A stretch of 47,162 nucleotides of DNA. Source: Sodaliphilus sp. (GTDB lineage: Bacteria; Bacteroidota; Bacteroidia; Bacteroidales; Muribaculaceae). Of the stretch, positions 38,330-47,162 are shown one piece after another. Under the pieces are notes generated by a model. It saw only the letters and a program-made list of their open reading frames with translations, was not told the DNA's origin and ran no database searches. The position numbers and the translations under genes were made by a program. The DNA lies in NCBI GenBank assembly GCA_045112115.1, contig JBGUHM010000047.1, positions 1-47,162 on the forward strand. Reading direction: 5' to 3'. The stretch's first letter is position 1. Each line of letters opens with the position of its first letter.

Positions 38330-38723
38330 TTTGTCTCGATTTGTCTCAATTTGTCTCAATTTGTCTCAATTTGTCTCACTTTGTCTCAATTTGTCTCACT
38401 TTGTCTCACGTTTGAGACAATTATTCTCTTGATTTACAATGCGATGGGCTGAATTTGTCTCATTTTGTCTCACTTTGTCTCACGCTTGAGAGGGGTATTC
38501 TATTGGTCTTCAATGTAATAGGCTACATTTGTCTCACTTTGTCTCACTTTGTCTCACGCTTGAGGCAATTATTCTCTTGATTTACAATGCAATAGGCTAA
38601 ATTTGTCTCATTTTGTCTCATTTTGTCTCACTTTGTCTCATTTTGTCTCACTTTGTCTCACACTTGAGACGGTTATTCTCTTGATTTATAGTGTGATAGG
38701 CTAAATTTGTCTCAAATCTCACG
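38330..38723. repeat. higher-order tandem repeat: arrays of the 10-mer TTTGTCTCA(N) (8, 3, 3, 6 and 1 copies) alternating with four copies of a conserved ~44-bp unit (c/gNTTGAGAcaaTTATTCTCTTGATTTAcAATGcgATAGGCTaAA)
   Basis: Read directly from the sequence. Each 44-bp unit begins with the inverted copy TGAGACA of the 10-mer core TGTCTCA, so each array end can form a hairpin. There is no ORF. The region lies 85 bp upstream of the ECF sigma gene. Confidence 0.85.
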
Positions 38724-38807
38724 TTTACACTCCCCTACTGCCTATTAGATTTTTTGGTCTCTTGTTGTTATGTTTTGCTGATTCATTCGTATCAGTAATA
38801 AACGAAC

Positions 38808-39311
38808 ATGGGACTTGATTTGATTACATCCTCGTTTCTGGGTTTGCGCGACAAACTGCACCACATCGCATTGCAATATTTGCGGAGTGATGAGGATGTG
38901 CAAGACGCCCTACAGGATACTTGGCTCAAGTTGAGCGACAGCGATGTTGCGACATCACAGGAAGCGAAAAACAAACTCGTTGCCGTTCTCAGGAACACTT
39001 GTATCGACAGAATAAGAAAAGCAAAAGCTGTATCTATCAACGATATAGGTGTTAGTGAAATGCCCCATTACTGTGTCGATATCGAAGATGTTGAACATCT
39101 TGAACAACTTCTTCAACGACAGTTGACCCCTTTACAACAACGTATCTTCAATCTCATCGTTCACGACGGTTGTGATTATGGGCAGATTGCCGAACAGCTT
39201 TCGATGAATGTTGAGGCGGTGAGAATGAACATGTGTCGAATACGCAAAAAAATCAGTGAAACCTATAAAAAGTTGAACTATGAAACAAAGCGAAATGGAA
39301 ATCAAGCTTGA
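38808..39311 (+). CDS. RNA polymerase ECF-type sigma-70 factor
   Basis: The region-2-like segment reads VQDALQDTWLKL. The region-4 HTH reads LTPLQQRIFNLIVHDGCDYGQIAEQLSMNVEAVRMNMCRIRKKI. Confidence 0.8.
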   Translation: MGLDLITSSFLGLRDKLHHIALQYLRSDEDVQDALQDTWLKLSDSDVATSQEAKNKLVAVLRNTCIDRIRKAKAVSINDIGVSEMPHYCVDIEDVEHLEQLLQRQLTPLQQRIFNLIVHDGCDYGQIAEQLSMNVEAVRMNMCRIRKKISETYKKLNYETKRNGNQA

Positions 39312-39756
39312 AGAGTTGGAGCAACTGTGCTTGCTGTATCGTGACAGCCGACTTACGGTCCTGGAGGAAGCCGAGTTGGAATTCGTGCTATTGTGTTGTG
39401 ACTACGACTCTCCCCTAATCAAAGAAACAAGAGACTTGATGGCGGTTTCACATGTTCTGAAATTGCGGGAGATTCCACATTCGCACAAAAGCCTACGGCA
39501 GTGGTTCGTGCGCGTTGCCGCTTGTCTGGTGATGGTTGCCGGTGTTTTTGGCGTCTATCGTTATATTCATCCCAATGTAAACGACAACTGTGTTGTCTAT
39601 ATCTCTGGAAAGAGGGCGAACGATGAGGTAGCCCGCAAAGTCGCAGAAGCCGATGTGGAAAAAATGCGTCGGTTCATGGTTGTTGTCAACAGGCAGAAAG
39701 CATCGGAGCAGGCTAAAGTAGAAGAATTCATGAATCATATAAATAAAACGAGATGA
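39280..39756 (+). CDS. putative single-pass membrane anti-sigma factor
   Basis: It overlaps the sigma gene end and has one TM (WFVRVAACLVMVAGVFGVY). The call rests on position within the ECF operon only. Confidence 0.45.
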   Translation: MKQSEMEIKLEELEQLCLLYRDSRLTVLEEAELEFVLLCCDYDSPLIKETRDLMAVSHVLKLREIPHSHKSLRQWFVRVAACLVMVAGVFGVYRYIHPNVNDNCVVYISGKRANDEVARKVAEADVEKMRRFMVVVNRQKASEQAKVEEFMNHINKTR

Positions 39757-40136
39757 AACGACTGGTAATCATTATATTTAGCGTGATAATCGCTGTTTCG
39801 GCCTTTGCCAAACCGCCGAAACTCAATGTTGAGAACCTGTTTGACGGCCGCTTCAACAACACTAAGAACGTTACCGTTTCCATTTACCGGAACAATGGCA
39901 ACTACTATCGCGGCATTACCGTTAAGAACAACCCTGACATTATACAGAAGATTGCCAATGCCCTGGAAAAAGATGTTCCTAAAGCATCGGACTATTCAAA
40001 TCATCAGGGCGAGGACGGCTGGTACACATCGTTGCAAGTGGTCAACAACGGAGAAACTATCTATATAGGGTTGCAACGAGACCGGCATGGCGGTGGATTT
40101 TTCTTTATTCAAGGAAAGGAAAAAGCATTTAAATAA
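39753..40136 (+). CDS. secreted DUF4252-like protein of the ECF operon
   Basis: An ATGA overlap with the previous gene. A signal peptide is present and the protein is about 127 aa. This matches the typical Bacteroides ECF-associated gene order. Confidence 0.5.
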   Translation: MKRLVIIIFSVIIAVSAFAKPPKLNVENLFDGRFNNTKNVTVSIYRNNGNYYRGITVKNNPDIIQKIANALEKDVPKASDYSNHQGEDGWYTSLQVVNNGETIYIGLQRDRHGGGFFFIQGKEKAFK

Positions 40137-40153
40137 CAATCAATCAGTAAATT

Positions 40154-42304
40154 ATGAGCAGACTTTTTGCGGCTGTCATTATGATGGCTATGCTTCCTGT
40201 ATCTCTTTTGGGGCAGGAACTAAACGATTCGACAGCAATTGATTCCATAGGTGACTACTGGAGTAAGGTGCTGGAACTTAACGAGGTAGTGGTTATGGGG
40301 TACCGCACGGTGCTGAAACCGGAACCTGACCGTATTGTCTATCTAACCAAAAACGACTCCTACGCAAAAGGATTGAACGGTATCGAAGTGTTGGACCGCA
40401 TACCCCGCGTTTCGGTGACTGGCGACGAGGTTTCGGTCGCGGGCAAATCGTCGGTGAGATATATCGTCGACGGGCGTTTGTTGGAAATGCCTGACGATGC
40501 TGTCGCTATGCAACTGAAGAACCTTCAATCGTCGGGTATCGAGAAGATAGAACTGCTTACCACCCCTCCGGCAAAATATGGCGCCGGCACCAACGTGGCG
40601 TACATCAGCATCACCACACGCAATGAGTCGTTGGGCACACGCGGCAACTTGTGGGCGGGCGGAAATATTCGGGAGCAATTCAACTATTTGCTTGGAGCGC
40701 GTATATCGCACACCACTCGAAAGGTCGAGATTTCGGCTGATGCCAGTTGGAGCGACAACAAGGGCATCAATGATCTGGACCGAAATTATTCTTTTAGCGA
40801 TTACGAAAAAGTGTCGAAACGCAGCAACCATTTCACTAACAGGACACTGGGTGCAAACGCACTCTTAAAATACAAATTCACCGACCGCATATGCGCCGGC
40901 GCCATTGTCAATTTCAGTTCCAACCGACTCAATAGTCAACTTAATGATGTCACAGTTGAACACGACATGGTTTTCAAATCGTATAACCATTCTCCGTCGC
41001 GACCTAATAATGCGTTGACGTTGACAGCATTTAATGATTGGCAGTTTGATGATAGCGGCAAAATGCTTAGTATTACATATAATTATTTCAACAAGTCGTC
41101 ACGTTCGTTTTCCGACGTGCTGACCGAATGGACTGGCAATGAGTCGCATCTTTCAAATGAAGGGCACAACCGCTATCATATCCATTCAGTTAAACTTGAC
41201 GCTGTTTTGCCGTTTGTCGGATTCAAGGTAGAGACGGGTGCGGCTTTCACCGGGATTGGCAATAATACAATGTTGAGAGTCAAGCGTTTCGAACTCGGCC
41301 AATGGATTGACGATTCTTCCCAAAGCAACCAGTTTGACTATGACGAGAATACAGCCGCTGTATATGTGGGTGCGGAAAGAAACTTTACCGACTCATTTTT
41401 CGCCAAGCTTGGGCTTAGATATGAGCATACCAGTGTTAATGGCCGTCAACATATTGGCTCCGTGAGCCATGTCAATAGTTACTCTTACGTGTTTCCCTCG
41501 TTGAGTATGAGCTGGAGCCCGTCTGGAGCGGGGCAACTGGCCCTCTCCTACTCCATGGGAATCACTCGGCCGAATTTTGCTGACCTAAATCCGTTCCGTT
41601 ACTATACCACAACAAGCGATTACGTAGCCGGTAATCCCGACTTGAAACCGGGCATCGCCCACAATGCCGAAATCAGCTACAGCTACAAGGGCGTCTATGC
41701 CGTGTTATACAACTCTTACAACCACAACTCGATAAGTTATGTGACACGATTCAATGGCGATGGCAGTCAGCAGACTGTCCCAGAGAACTGTGTCGACAAC
41801 AATAAGGCCGGCCTCTATGCCTCCTACTATAGAACAATACTTGACTGGTGGAACATCAACGTTGGGGCCGAGGTGTTTCACAACTATGCCAAATCGCGAA
41901 TCGATGATTTCAGAGAACTTGACCAAAGCGATTGGAGCGGCAAACTTGAGCTAAATACATCGTTTATGCTCACCCGTCGGCATAATCTTATTCTCAACCT
42001 GCGCTTCAGCCACTATTTCCCGTATAACGAGCGCATGATACATTATGAGTCGATGTCGCTGATTGGCTGCGAGCTCCGATATATGTTGCTTGACAACCGC
42101 CTTACGCTGACGGCTTCGGTGAATGACCCGTTCGGCTGGAATATTACCCGCTCCACCGCCTATTATAAAGATTACACAATCAAGACCCGCAACAATATCC
42201 ATTCACATGCTGTTCAGTTCCGAATCTCTTACACATTCGGAGGCAACAAGGTCAATAATGTCTACCGCGACACAAAGGAACGCGAGTCTTCCCGCTCCTA
42301 CTGA
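40154..42304 (+). CDS. outer-membrane beta-barrel protein (TonB-dependent-receptor-like, OMP_b-brl_3 type)
   Basis: A signal peptide and a plug-like N-terminus are present. Alternating beta-strand patterns follow, and the C-terminus reads …RISYTFGG. Confidence 0.75.
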   Translation: MSRLFAAVIMMAMLPVSLLGQELNDSTAIDSIGDYWSKVLELNEVVVMGYRTVLKPEPDRIVYLTKNDSYAKGLNGIEVLDRIPRVSVTGDEVSVAGKSSVRYIVDGRLLEMPDDAVAMQLKNLQSSGIEKIELLTTPPAKYGAGTNVAYISITTRNESLGTRGNLWAGGNIREQFNYLLGARISHTTRKVEISADASWSDNKGINDLDRNYSFSDYEKVSKRSNHFTNRTLGANALLKYKFTDRICAGAIVNFSSNRLNSQLNDVTVEHDMVFKSYNHSPSRPNNALTLTAFNDWQFDDSGKMLSITYNYFNKSSRSFSDVLTEWTGNESHLSNEGHNRYHIHSVKLDAVLPFVGFKVETGAAFTGIGNNTMLRVKRFELGQWIDDSSQSNQFDYDENTAAVYVGAERNFTDSFFAKLGLRYEHTSVNGRQHIGSVSHVNSYSYVFPSLSMSWSPSGAGQLALSYSMGITRPNFADLNPFRYYTTTSDYVAGNPDLKPGIAHNAEISYSYKGVYAVLYNSYNHNSISYVTRFNGDGSQQTVPENCVDNNKAGLYASYYRTILDWWNINVGAEVFHNYAKSRIDDFRELDQSDWSGKLELNTSFMLTRRHNLILNLRFSHYFPYNERMIHYESMSLIGCELRYMLLDNRLTLTASVNDPFGWNITRSTAYYKDYTIKTRNNIHSHAVQFRISYTFGGNKVNNVYRDTKERESSRSY

Positions 42305-42335
42305 CTTCTACCCTACTTCATCTTCATTTGTTTGA

Positions 42336-42363
42336 CGCGCCTTCCTGTTGAGGCGCGTTTTTT
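42336..42363. terminator. rho-independent terminator (cgcgcc/ggcgcg stem plus T6) between convergent genes
   Basis: gacgcgccttcctgttgaggcgcgtttttt. Confidence 0.6.
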
Positions 42364-42477
42364 GCCGCTTTCAGCCGAGATTTTGCCGTTTGAGAAAAGT
42401 TGTGGTGAAGATAAATATAACTGCGGAACGGCCGTTTTGGTCGCTCCGCAGAGGTATAGTGTTTATTGTTGATTGTT

Positions 42478-43545
42478 CTACTGTCCGGCGAGGAATCGTT
42501 GCGCGCCCATGGCTCGCATCTGCTGGCTGTTGTTTAGGATTTTCTTTTTTCGCACAGTGTAGAAAATCCAGCTGCCGACAAACCCGAGACCTCCTATTAT
42601 GGCGAACGCCCATCCCAGTTCGCTTACCGATTGGCTTTGAGAGAGTATCAAACCAAGGATTCCGAGGATAGCGGTAACCCAGAACAGCCAGTTGAACTTG
42701 TTGACGAATTTGCGTTCGCTCTTGTCTTCCGGGTTGGTAAGGCGTTCCTGGCGTCCGGTGCCGTCCATGATAAAATAGTACTTCTGCTGCTGGTAGTTGT
42801 AGTATACGAACCAGAATGGAACAAGCACGAGCACGCCCCGTTGAGCGAGATCGACCGCGACATTCTTCTGCAGGTCGCTCACGTCGCTACCGGCTTGCTG
42901 GCGTATGCCGTCGTCGGCAATCTTATCGGCCATTGCCTGACCGTAACGGCTCCAGATTATTTCCGGGTCGGTGTTCACGGCCAGCGTGGTGAGGTTGGAG
43001 TCGGGGTCGTTACCAATGATGGCGGGGTTGTACATTTGAGTAGAGTTCACCGTATAGGGGAACGTGGCTGTGAAGGCCTTGAGCTCTTCGGGGATGTCGT
43101 CGCCTTCATAGGCCAGACACAGGAAGGAGAAATTGCCGAAGGCATTGCCGTTGACATAGCGTTTGCGCGAGCGTCGAGTGCCGTTGTCGTCGTAAGTCTC
43201 CCTCACGTTGCCGCTCCATGAAGCCTGATAACGGCCTTCGTAGAGGTACATAGGCAGATAGGCCTTCATGGTGTCGTCGGCATGCAGGTAGTCGAAGACG
43301 TCTTTCGGCACATAGGGCCGACGGATAAGCGCGTTCACCAGATGCTGGCCGAAGTCTTCCTCACGCGTGGTGAAAGGAATAATGCGCTCGGGCTGCTTCA
43401 TCGATTTCTGCACCGCGATGGCATTGGGGTTTCGCAGCATGGTGTGGCAATACGGGCATTCGACCTGTGTCTTAAACTCGTTGAATGATGTGATGTTTGC
43501 CCCGCAGTTGGGACATTTCACTTGTTGTAATTCTAATGTTGCCAT
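42478..43545 (-). CDS. zinc-ribbon protein with a central domain of unknown function and two C-terminal TM helices
   Basis: The N-terminus reads MATLELQQVKCPNCGANITSFNEFKTQVECPYCH. The C-terminal hydrophobic pair is WLFWVTAILGILGLILS / WAFAIIGGLGFVGSWIFYTV. Confidence 0.65.
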   Translation of the reverse strand: MATLELQQVKCPNCGANITSFNEFKTQVECPYCHTMLRNPNAIAVQKSMKQPERIIPFTTREEDFGQHLVNALIRRPYVPKDVFDYLHADDTMKAYLPMYLYEGRYQASWSGNVRETYDDNGTRRSRKRYVNGNAFGNFSFLCLAYEGDDIPEELKAFTATFPYTVNSTQMYNPAIIGNDPDSNLTTLAVNTDPEIIWSRYGQAMADKIADDGIRQQAGSDVSDLQKNVAVDLAQRGVLVLVPFWFVYYNYQQQKYYFIMDGTGRQERLTNPEDKSERKFVNKFNWLFWVTAILGILGLILSQSQSVSELGWAFAIIGGLGFVGSWIFYTVRKKKILNNSQQMRAMGAQRFLAGQ

Positions 43546-43551
43546 ATTGTG

Positions 43552-44016
43552 TTATTCGTTTGTTTGATTGTTTTCGTTCTCGGTTTGTTTTTTTGCCTCT
43601 TCAAGCTGTTGGCGGTCACGCTCAAGGTTCTTGCGGGTATGATCGTTCATCAAATATCCTGTGAGCAGCACAGCCATGGCCAAGGCGAAGAGCACGACCT
43701 GTGTGATAAGCGCCACAATGTAAGCGGTGTCGCTTTTATACCACCAGAACAGGAAAATAGCGGCTACGACACATTCTACAATAAAATAAAACGTTGCCAC
43801 AGCTACGAGCGACCAACTCAAGACTTTTTCTTCCCCATTCTGCTTATTGAGCAGAGATGGCAGCAACAAAGTGAGAAAGGCCACATGGAGGAAAGCGTAA
43901 GAGACCCATCTCGTGGCATTCATCGACCCTGTGTCAACCAGCAGGAAGAACAATACATTGAACACCAAAGGGAATAGCAGCATCAAAACTATCGATGCGA
44001 TTGTTGTACCTTTCAT
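43552..44016 (-). CDS. small polytopic membrane protein (4 TM) with a charged C-terminal tail
   Basis: Four hydrophobic helices, then a coiled charged C-terminus. It lies between the Band-7 and zinc-ribbon genes. Confidence 0.6.
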   Translation of the reverse strand: MKGTTIASIVLMLLFPLVFNVLFFLLVDTGSMNATRWVSYAFLHVAFLTLLLPSLLNKQNGEEKVLSWSLVAVATFYFIVECVVAAIFLFWWYKSDTAYIVALITQVVLFALAMAVLLTGYLMNDHTRKNLERDRQQLEEAKKQTENENNQTNE

Positions 44017-44027
44017 AATAGTTGGGT

Positions 44028-45344
44028 TTAGAGGTTGGCAAGAACTTCACGTTTCACAGCATCGTATTCGCTTTGCTCGATGAGCCCGGCGTCAAGTAGT
44101 TTTTTCAGCTTAGCCAGTTTCTCCATCGGGTCGTCGGCCGGTTGCTGTGCAGGGGCGGCGGTTCCCGCGGCTACACCCGCCATGGCACCTGCAGCCATAC
44201 CTGTAGCCATTTGCTGTCCAGGGATAGGCGGTTGCTGTCCAGGGATAGGCGGCTGCTGTCCGTGGATAGGTGGTTGTTGTCCATAGGGCTGCTGGCCGTA
44301 AGGCTGCTGTCCATAGGGCTGTTGTCCGTAAGGCTGCTGTCCATAGGGCTGCTGTTGTCCATAGGGCTGCTGGCCGTAAGGCTGTTGTTGTCCATATGGG
44401 TTCTGGTTTATGCCGCCGAATGTGTTGGCAGCCATCTGGCCGAAGGCACCGCCAGCGGCCATACCCATGCCCATACCCATGCCCATACCGGCCATGCCGC
44501 CTACTTGTCCCTCGTTGGTGCTTACGCCGTGAGCCATGTCCTGCATGATTTCCATGCCTTTGATGGTCTGGTAACCGGCGCCCATGAGGTCATACTCACG
44601 CTTGCGTGCGTAGGCGTTCTCGAGATGCTGACGGTTGGGGTCGTCCTCGGGGATGTCCATCGCCGAAATCGAGAAATTCTGCAGCTTAAGGCCATATTCA
44701 CCGAGTATCTCGGCTATCATGGGGGTGATCTTTGTAGCGAAGGTGTCGAGTTCGGCGCAGATGCCCAGCAACTCCTCGCCGCTGTTCTTCAACCCTTTGG
44801 CGATAGTAGATTTAATCGACTGTTGGAATTGGTTTGAGAAATAACGTTCCAAATCGCCGGGTTTGAGTTGGTTGAGATTCGAACCTACAAGTTTGGTGAT
44901 AAACTTGGCGCTGTCGTCAATCATTATTTTATAAGAGCCACGTGCCTTGATGCTGGTGGCTATGCCTTGAACCGGGTCGCGCAACTGGATGGGCGAGTCG
45001 GTACCCCAGAGAATCTCTTGAGTGTCGCTCTTGCGGATGAAATACACGAAGCAGTTGAACGTGGAGATGCCACCGCTGAGCATGTTGCGCAGGCGGCTCA
45101 GGAACACGTAGTTCTGCGTTGAAAGTATATATCGTCCGTTGGTGAAAATCTGCTGAATCTCACCGTTCTTCACAAATACGGCCTCTTCGCCTGGGTTGAC
45201 TGTAAGCACCGAATGGGTGTTGAAGTCTTCTTCCGGTTGTTTCCAGACGAGCACTCCTGCAGGTCCTGAATTTTTCAACGACTCCAAGATGTGTTTCTTT
45301 CCACCTTGGTAATTGGCTTCATTTGGATTGCGAAATAAACTCAT
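44028..45344 (-). CDS. Band-7/SPFH-like protein (paralog of 5841..7217) with a GM-rich linker, (PYGQQ)n/(PPIPGQQ)n repeats and a C-terminal SHOCT domain
   Basis: The N-terminal ~270 aa align with 5841..7217 (MSLFRNP…VLVWKQPEE vs MALFGRG…YLVWKWRP). The C-terminus [31 protein letters not shown] is a SHOCT motif. Confidence 0.8.
   Translation of the reverse strand: MSLFRNPNEANYQGGKKHILESLKNSGPAGVLVWKQPEEDFNTHSVLTVNPGEEAVFVKNGEIQQIFTNGRYILSTQNYVFLSRLRNMLSGGISTFNCFVYFIRKSDTQEILWGTDSPIQLRDPVQGIATSIKARGSYKIMIDDSAKFITKLVGSNLNQLKPGDLERYFSNQFQQSIKSTIAKGLKNSGEELLGICAELDTFATKITPMIAEILGEYGLKLQNFSISAMDIPEDDPNRQHLENAYARKREYDLMGAGYQTIKGMEIMQDMAHGVSTNEGQVGGMAGMGMGMGMGMAAGGAFGQMAANTFGGINQNPYGQQQPYGQQPYGQQQPYGQQPYGQQPYGQQPYGQQPYGQQPPIHGQQPPIPGQQPPIPGQQMATGMAAGAMAGVAAGTAAPAQQPADDPMEKLAKLKKLLDAGLIEQSEYDAVKREVLANL
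44208..44398 (-). repeat. in-frame coding tandem repeats: 21-bp x3 (PPIPGQQ) plus 15-bp x about 9 (PYGQQ)
   Basis: Near-identical DNA units ccatagggctgctg(g/t)ccgtaaggctg… are read directly from the sequence. Confidence 0.8.
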
Positions 45345-45395
45345 AGTTTCTATCTTGTTTTGTTTGTAATGATATCAAATTGTTGCTTTCAAGTT

Positions 45396-45403
45396 TGCAA
45401 AGA
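45396..45403 (-). promoter_or_regulatory. TAnnTTTG -7 box (TATCTTTG on the minus strand) upstream of the second Band-7 operon
   Basis: The reverse complement of caaagata lies about 48 nt upstream of the ATG at 45344. It is preceded by a weak hairpin plus T-run after tatC. Confidence 0.4.
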
Positions 45404-45444
45404 TAATGTCTTTTGACGAAACGGACAAGAAAAACGGCGTTTTT

Positions 45445-46251
45445 TTACTCTTTTGGCGGTGCAGGCACCAGCCGGCCGCTCAATTCGTAAAGAAGGTAGA
45501 TGGGGAGGAATACCACGGAGAGTGTGAACGGGTCGCCTGTGGGGGTTATGATGGCCGCCACCACCAGCAACACCACTATGGCGTGCCGGCGGTATTCCTT
45601 AAACATCCCGCGGTGGAGAATTTCCAACTTGCCCAACAGCCAGCACAGCAGCGGTAACTCAAAGACCACGCCCATGATGAAAATCAGTGCAATAAACGTG
45701 TCCATATAGGAGTCGAGCGAAATCTGGTTGGGCACCATGTCGCTTACGTGATAGTCGGCAAGGAAACGCAGCGTTACCGGAAACACCACATAATATCCCA
45801 CTGCCACTCCGATAAAGAACATAATCACCCCGAAACCGAAGGCGGTACGCACCCCTTTCTTCTCATTGGGGTAAAGCGCAGGAGACACGAAACCCCACAG
45901 AAAATAAAGAAGCAGCGGGAAGGTGAGCACGATAGCCAGCCAGCATGATGTGCTGATGTGGATAAAAAACTGCGAGGCCAGTTGGATGTTGATAAGGTTT
46001 ACCTTGAAACCTTCGGTGGAGAAGTCGGGGCCGTAAGGAATGGCCTCGGTGATTTTCTGGAACAGCCTGTATAGAGGGAAATCGCCGCGACAGGGCGCCA
46101 GAATCACGTTGTCGAAAATGTCGGGCATAAAAGCAAACAGAGCCACGGCCGCGATAATCACGGTCACGGCTATGCGAATCAGAACCCACCTGAGTGCTTC
46201 CAGGTGGTCCCAGAACGTCATCTCTTGAAGTGGCCCGTCGTTGTCTGCCAT
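45445..46251 (-). CDS. tatC: twin-arginine translocase subunit TatC
   Basis: MTFWDHLEALRWVLIRI… with six TM helices, typical of TatC. Confidence 0.9.
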   Translation of the reverse strand: MADNDGPLQEMTFWDHLEALRWVLIRIAVTVIIAAVALFAFMPDIFDNVILAPCRGDFPLYRLFQKITEAIPYGPDFSTEGFKVNLINIQLASQFFIHISTSCWLAIVLTFPLLLYFLWGFVSPALYPNEKKGVRTAFGFGVIMFFIGVAVGYYVVFPVTLRFLADYHVSDMVPNQISLDSYMDTFIALIFIMGVVFELPLLCWLLGKLEILHRGMFKEYRRHAIVVLLVVAAIITPTGDPFTLSVVFLPIYLLYELSGRLVPAPPKE

Positions 46252-46263
46252 TGGACGAGAGTG

Positions 46264-46485
46264 TTATTTCTCTTCTTTCTTCTCGTCCTTCTTATTGTCG
46301 ACAGGAGCCTCAATTTCCTCCTTTATTTCGTTGAGGCCGTCCTTGAACGAGCGTACGCCTTTCCCCATCCCTTTCATCAGCTCAGGAATTTTCTTGCCAC
46401 CGAACAAAAGCAGAATGACGAAGGCGATAATGAGAATTTCGGCCCAGCCAAGGTTCTGGAATAAAAGTAAAATCGTATTCAGCAT
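46264..46485 (-). CDS. tatA: twin-arginine translocase subunit TatA/E
   Basis: [36 protein letters not shown] matches the TatA TM-hinge-amphipathic helix. The true start may differ slightly. Confidence 0.75.
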   Translation of the reverse strand: MLNTILLLFQNLGWAEILIIAFVILLLFGGKKIPELMKGMGKGVRSFKDGLNEIKEEIEAPVDNKKDEKKEEK

Positions 46486-46617
46486 AATATAATGTTGCTT
46501 TGTTTTGAAATATCACCGCAAAGGTAATGCAAAAAATTGGTATTAGAAAAAAAATGTGTAATTTTGCGGCCAAATTAGCAGAAATAACACTTATAATTAT
46601 AAAATATCAACAAAGAA

Positions 46618-47162
46618 TGAAAGCATTTGTATTTCCTGGCCAGGGAGCGCAGTTCGTTGGAATGGGTAAAGATCTCTATGAGAACAACGCTCTGGCACGT
46701 GAAATGTTTGAGAAAGCTAACGAGGTTCTGGGATTCCGTATCACCGACCTCATGTTCGACGGTACCGAGGAAGACCTTAAACAGACCAAGGTGACGCAAC
46801 CTGCCGTGTTCCTCCACAGTGTGATTCTGGCGAAGACATTAGGCGACGAGTTCAAGCCCGACATGGTTGCCGGTCACTCGCTCGGAGAGTTCTCGGCGCT
46901 TGTAGCCGCTGGTGTTCTGCCGTTTGAGCAGGGTCTCAAACTGGTTGAGACACGCGCTTTGGCCATGCAGAAGGCATGCGAGGCCGCTCCGTCGACCATG
47001 GCTGCCATCATCGGCATGAACGACGAGCAGGTGGAGGAAATCTGCTCTACAATCGATGGCGTTTGTGTCCCCGCCAACTACAACTGTCCGGGTCAAGTGG
47101 TGATTTCCGGTAGCTTTGAGGCCATCGACGCCGCATGTGTTAAGTTCAAGGAGGCTGGCGCT
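46618..47162 (+). CDS. fabD: malonyl CoA-ACP transacylase FabD, N-terminal part (continues beyond window end)
   Basis: The ATG at 46618 gives MKAFVFPGQGAQFVGMGKDLYE… with the GHSLGE active-site motif. It is open to the window end. Confidence 0.85.

Noticed and set aside
38330-38723. CRISPR-array interpretation of the repeat region
   Set aside because: The units are 10 bp and about 44 bp. The intervening 'spacers' are themselves the 10-mer repeats. There are no unique spacers, no leader and no cas genes.

Overview
This 47 kb window looks like a chromosomal segment of a Bacteroidales (Bacteroidota) genome, about 50% GC. Three things point that way: several TAnnTTTG-type -7 promoter boxes, a T9SS-type C-terminal sorting domain, and an ECF-sigma/DUF4252/OM beta-barrel cassette. 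It is dense with recognisable housekeeping genes: tsaB, a YicC fragment, rimM, proS, lepA, a UmuC-type Y-family polymerase, htpG, a ClpC-like AAA+ chaperone, gyrA, a RelA/SpoT enzyme, tatA/tatC and a fabD fragment. Between them lie several accessory or poorly characterised modules. (1) Two paralogous operons, at about 5.2-7.9 kb on the + strand and 42.5-45.3 kb on the - strand, are each built around a Band-7/SPFH-like protein with a low-complexity linker and a different C-terminal adaptor domain (DUF4339/GYF-like in one, SHOCT plus a PYGQQ repeat in the other). Each pairs it with a zinc-ribbon membrane protein and a small polytopic membrane protein. (2) A eukaryotic-like Ser/Thr kinase carries BspA-type LRR-like repeats in its extracytoplasmic tail. 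It is translationally coupled to an unknown 197-aa protein and sits divergently next to a T9SS-sorted BspA-like LRR protein. That LRR gene is flanked by two copies of a roughly 75-90 bp dyad-symmetric DNA element. (3) A low-GC stretch encodes a membrane protein, a small protein with a CCCGWCC tail and an LpxL-family acyltransferase. (4) Three consecutive secreted proteins end in type-I dockerin-like repeat pairs and lie downstream of a membrane-anchored AraC regulator whose promoter region carries direct repeats. (5) A roughly 480 bp complex higher-order tandem repeat, (TTTGTCTCAN)n arrays alternating with a conserved ~44 bp unit, sits immediately upstream of an ECF sigma operon. (6) The umuC gene overlaps by ATGA an AlbA_2/Schlafen-like protein rather than a umuD. 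I see no tRNA or rRNA genes, CRISPR arrays, transposases or integrases. All calls come from reading the translated ORFs and the DNA by eye; no searches were run.
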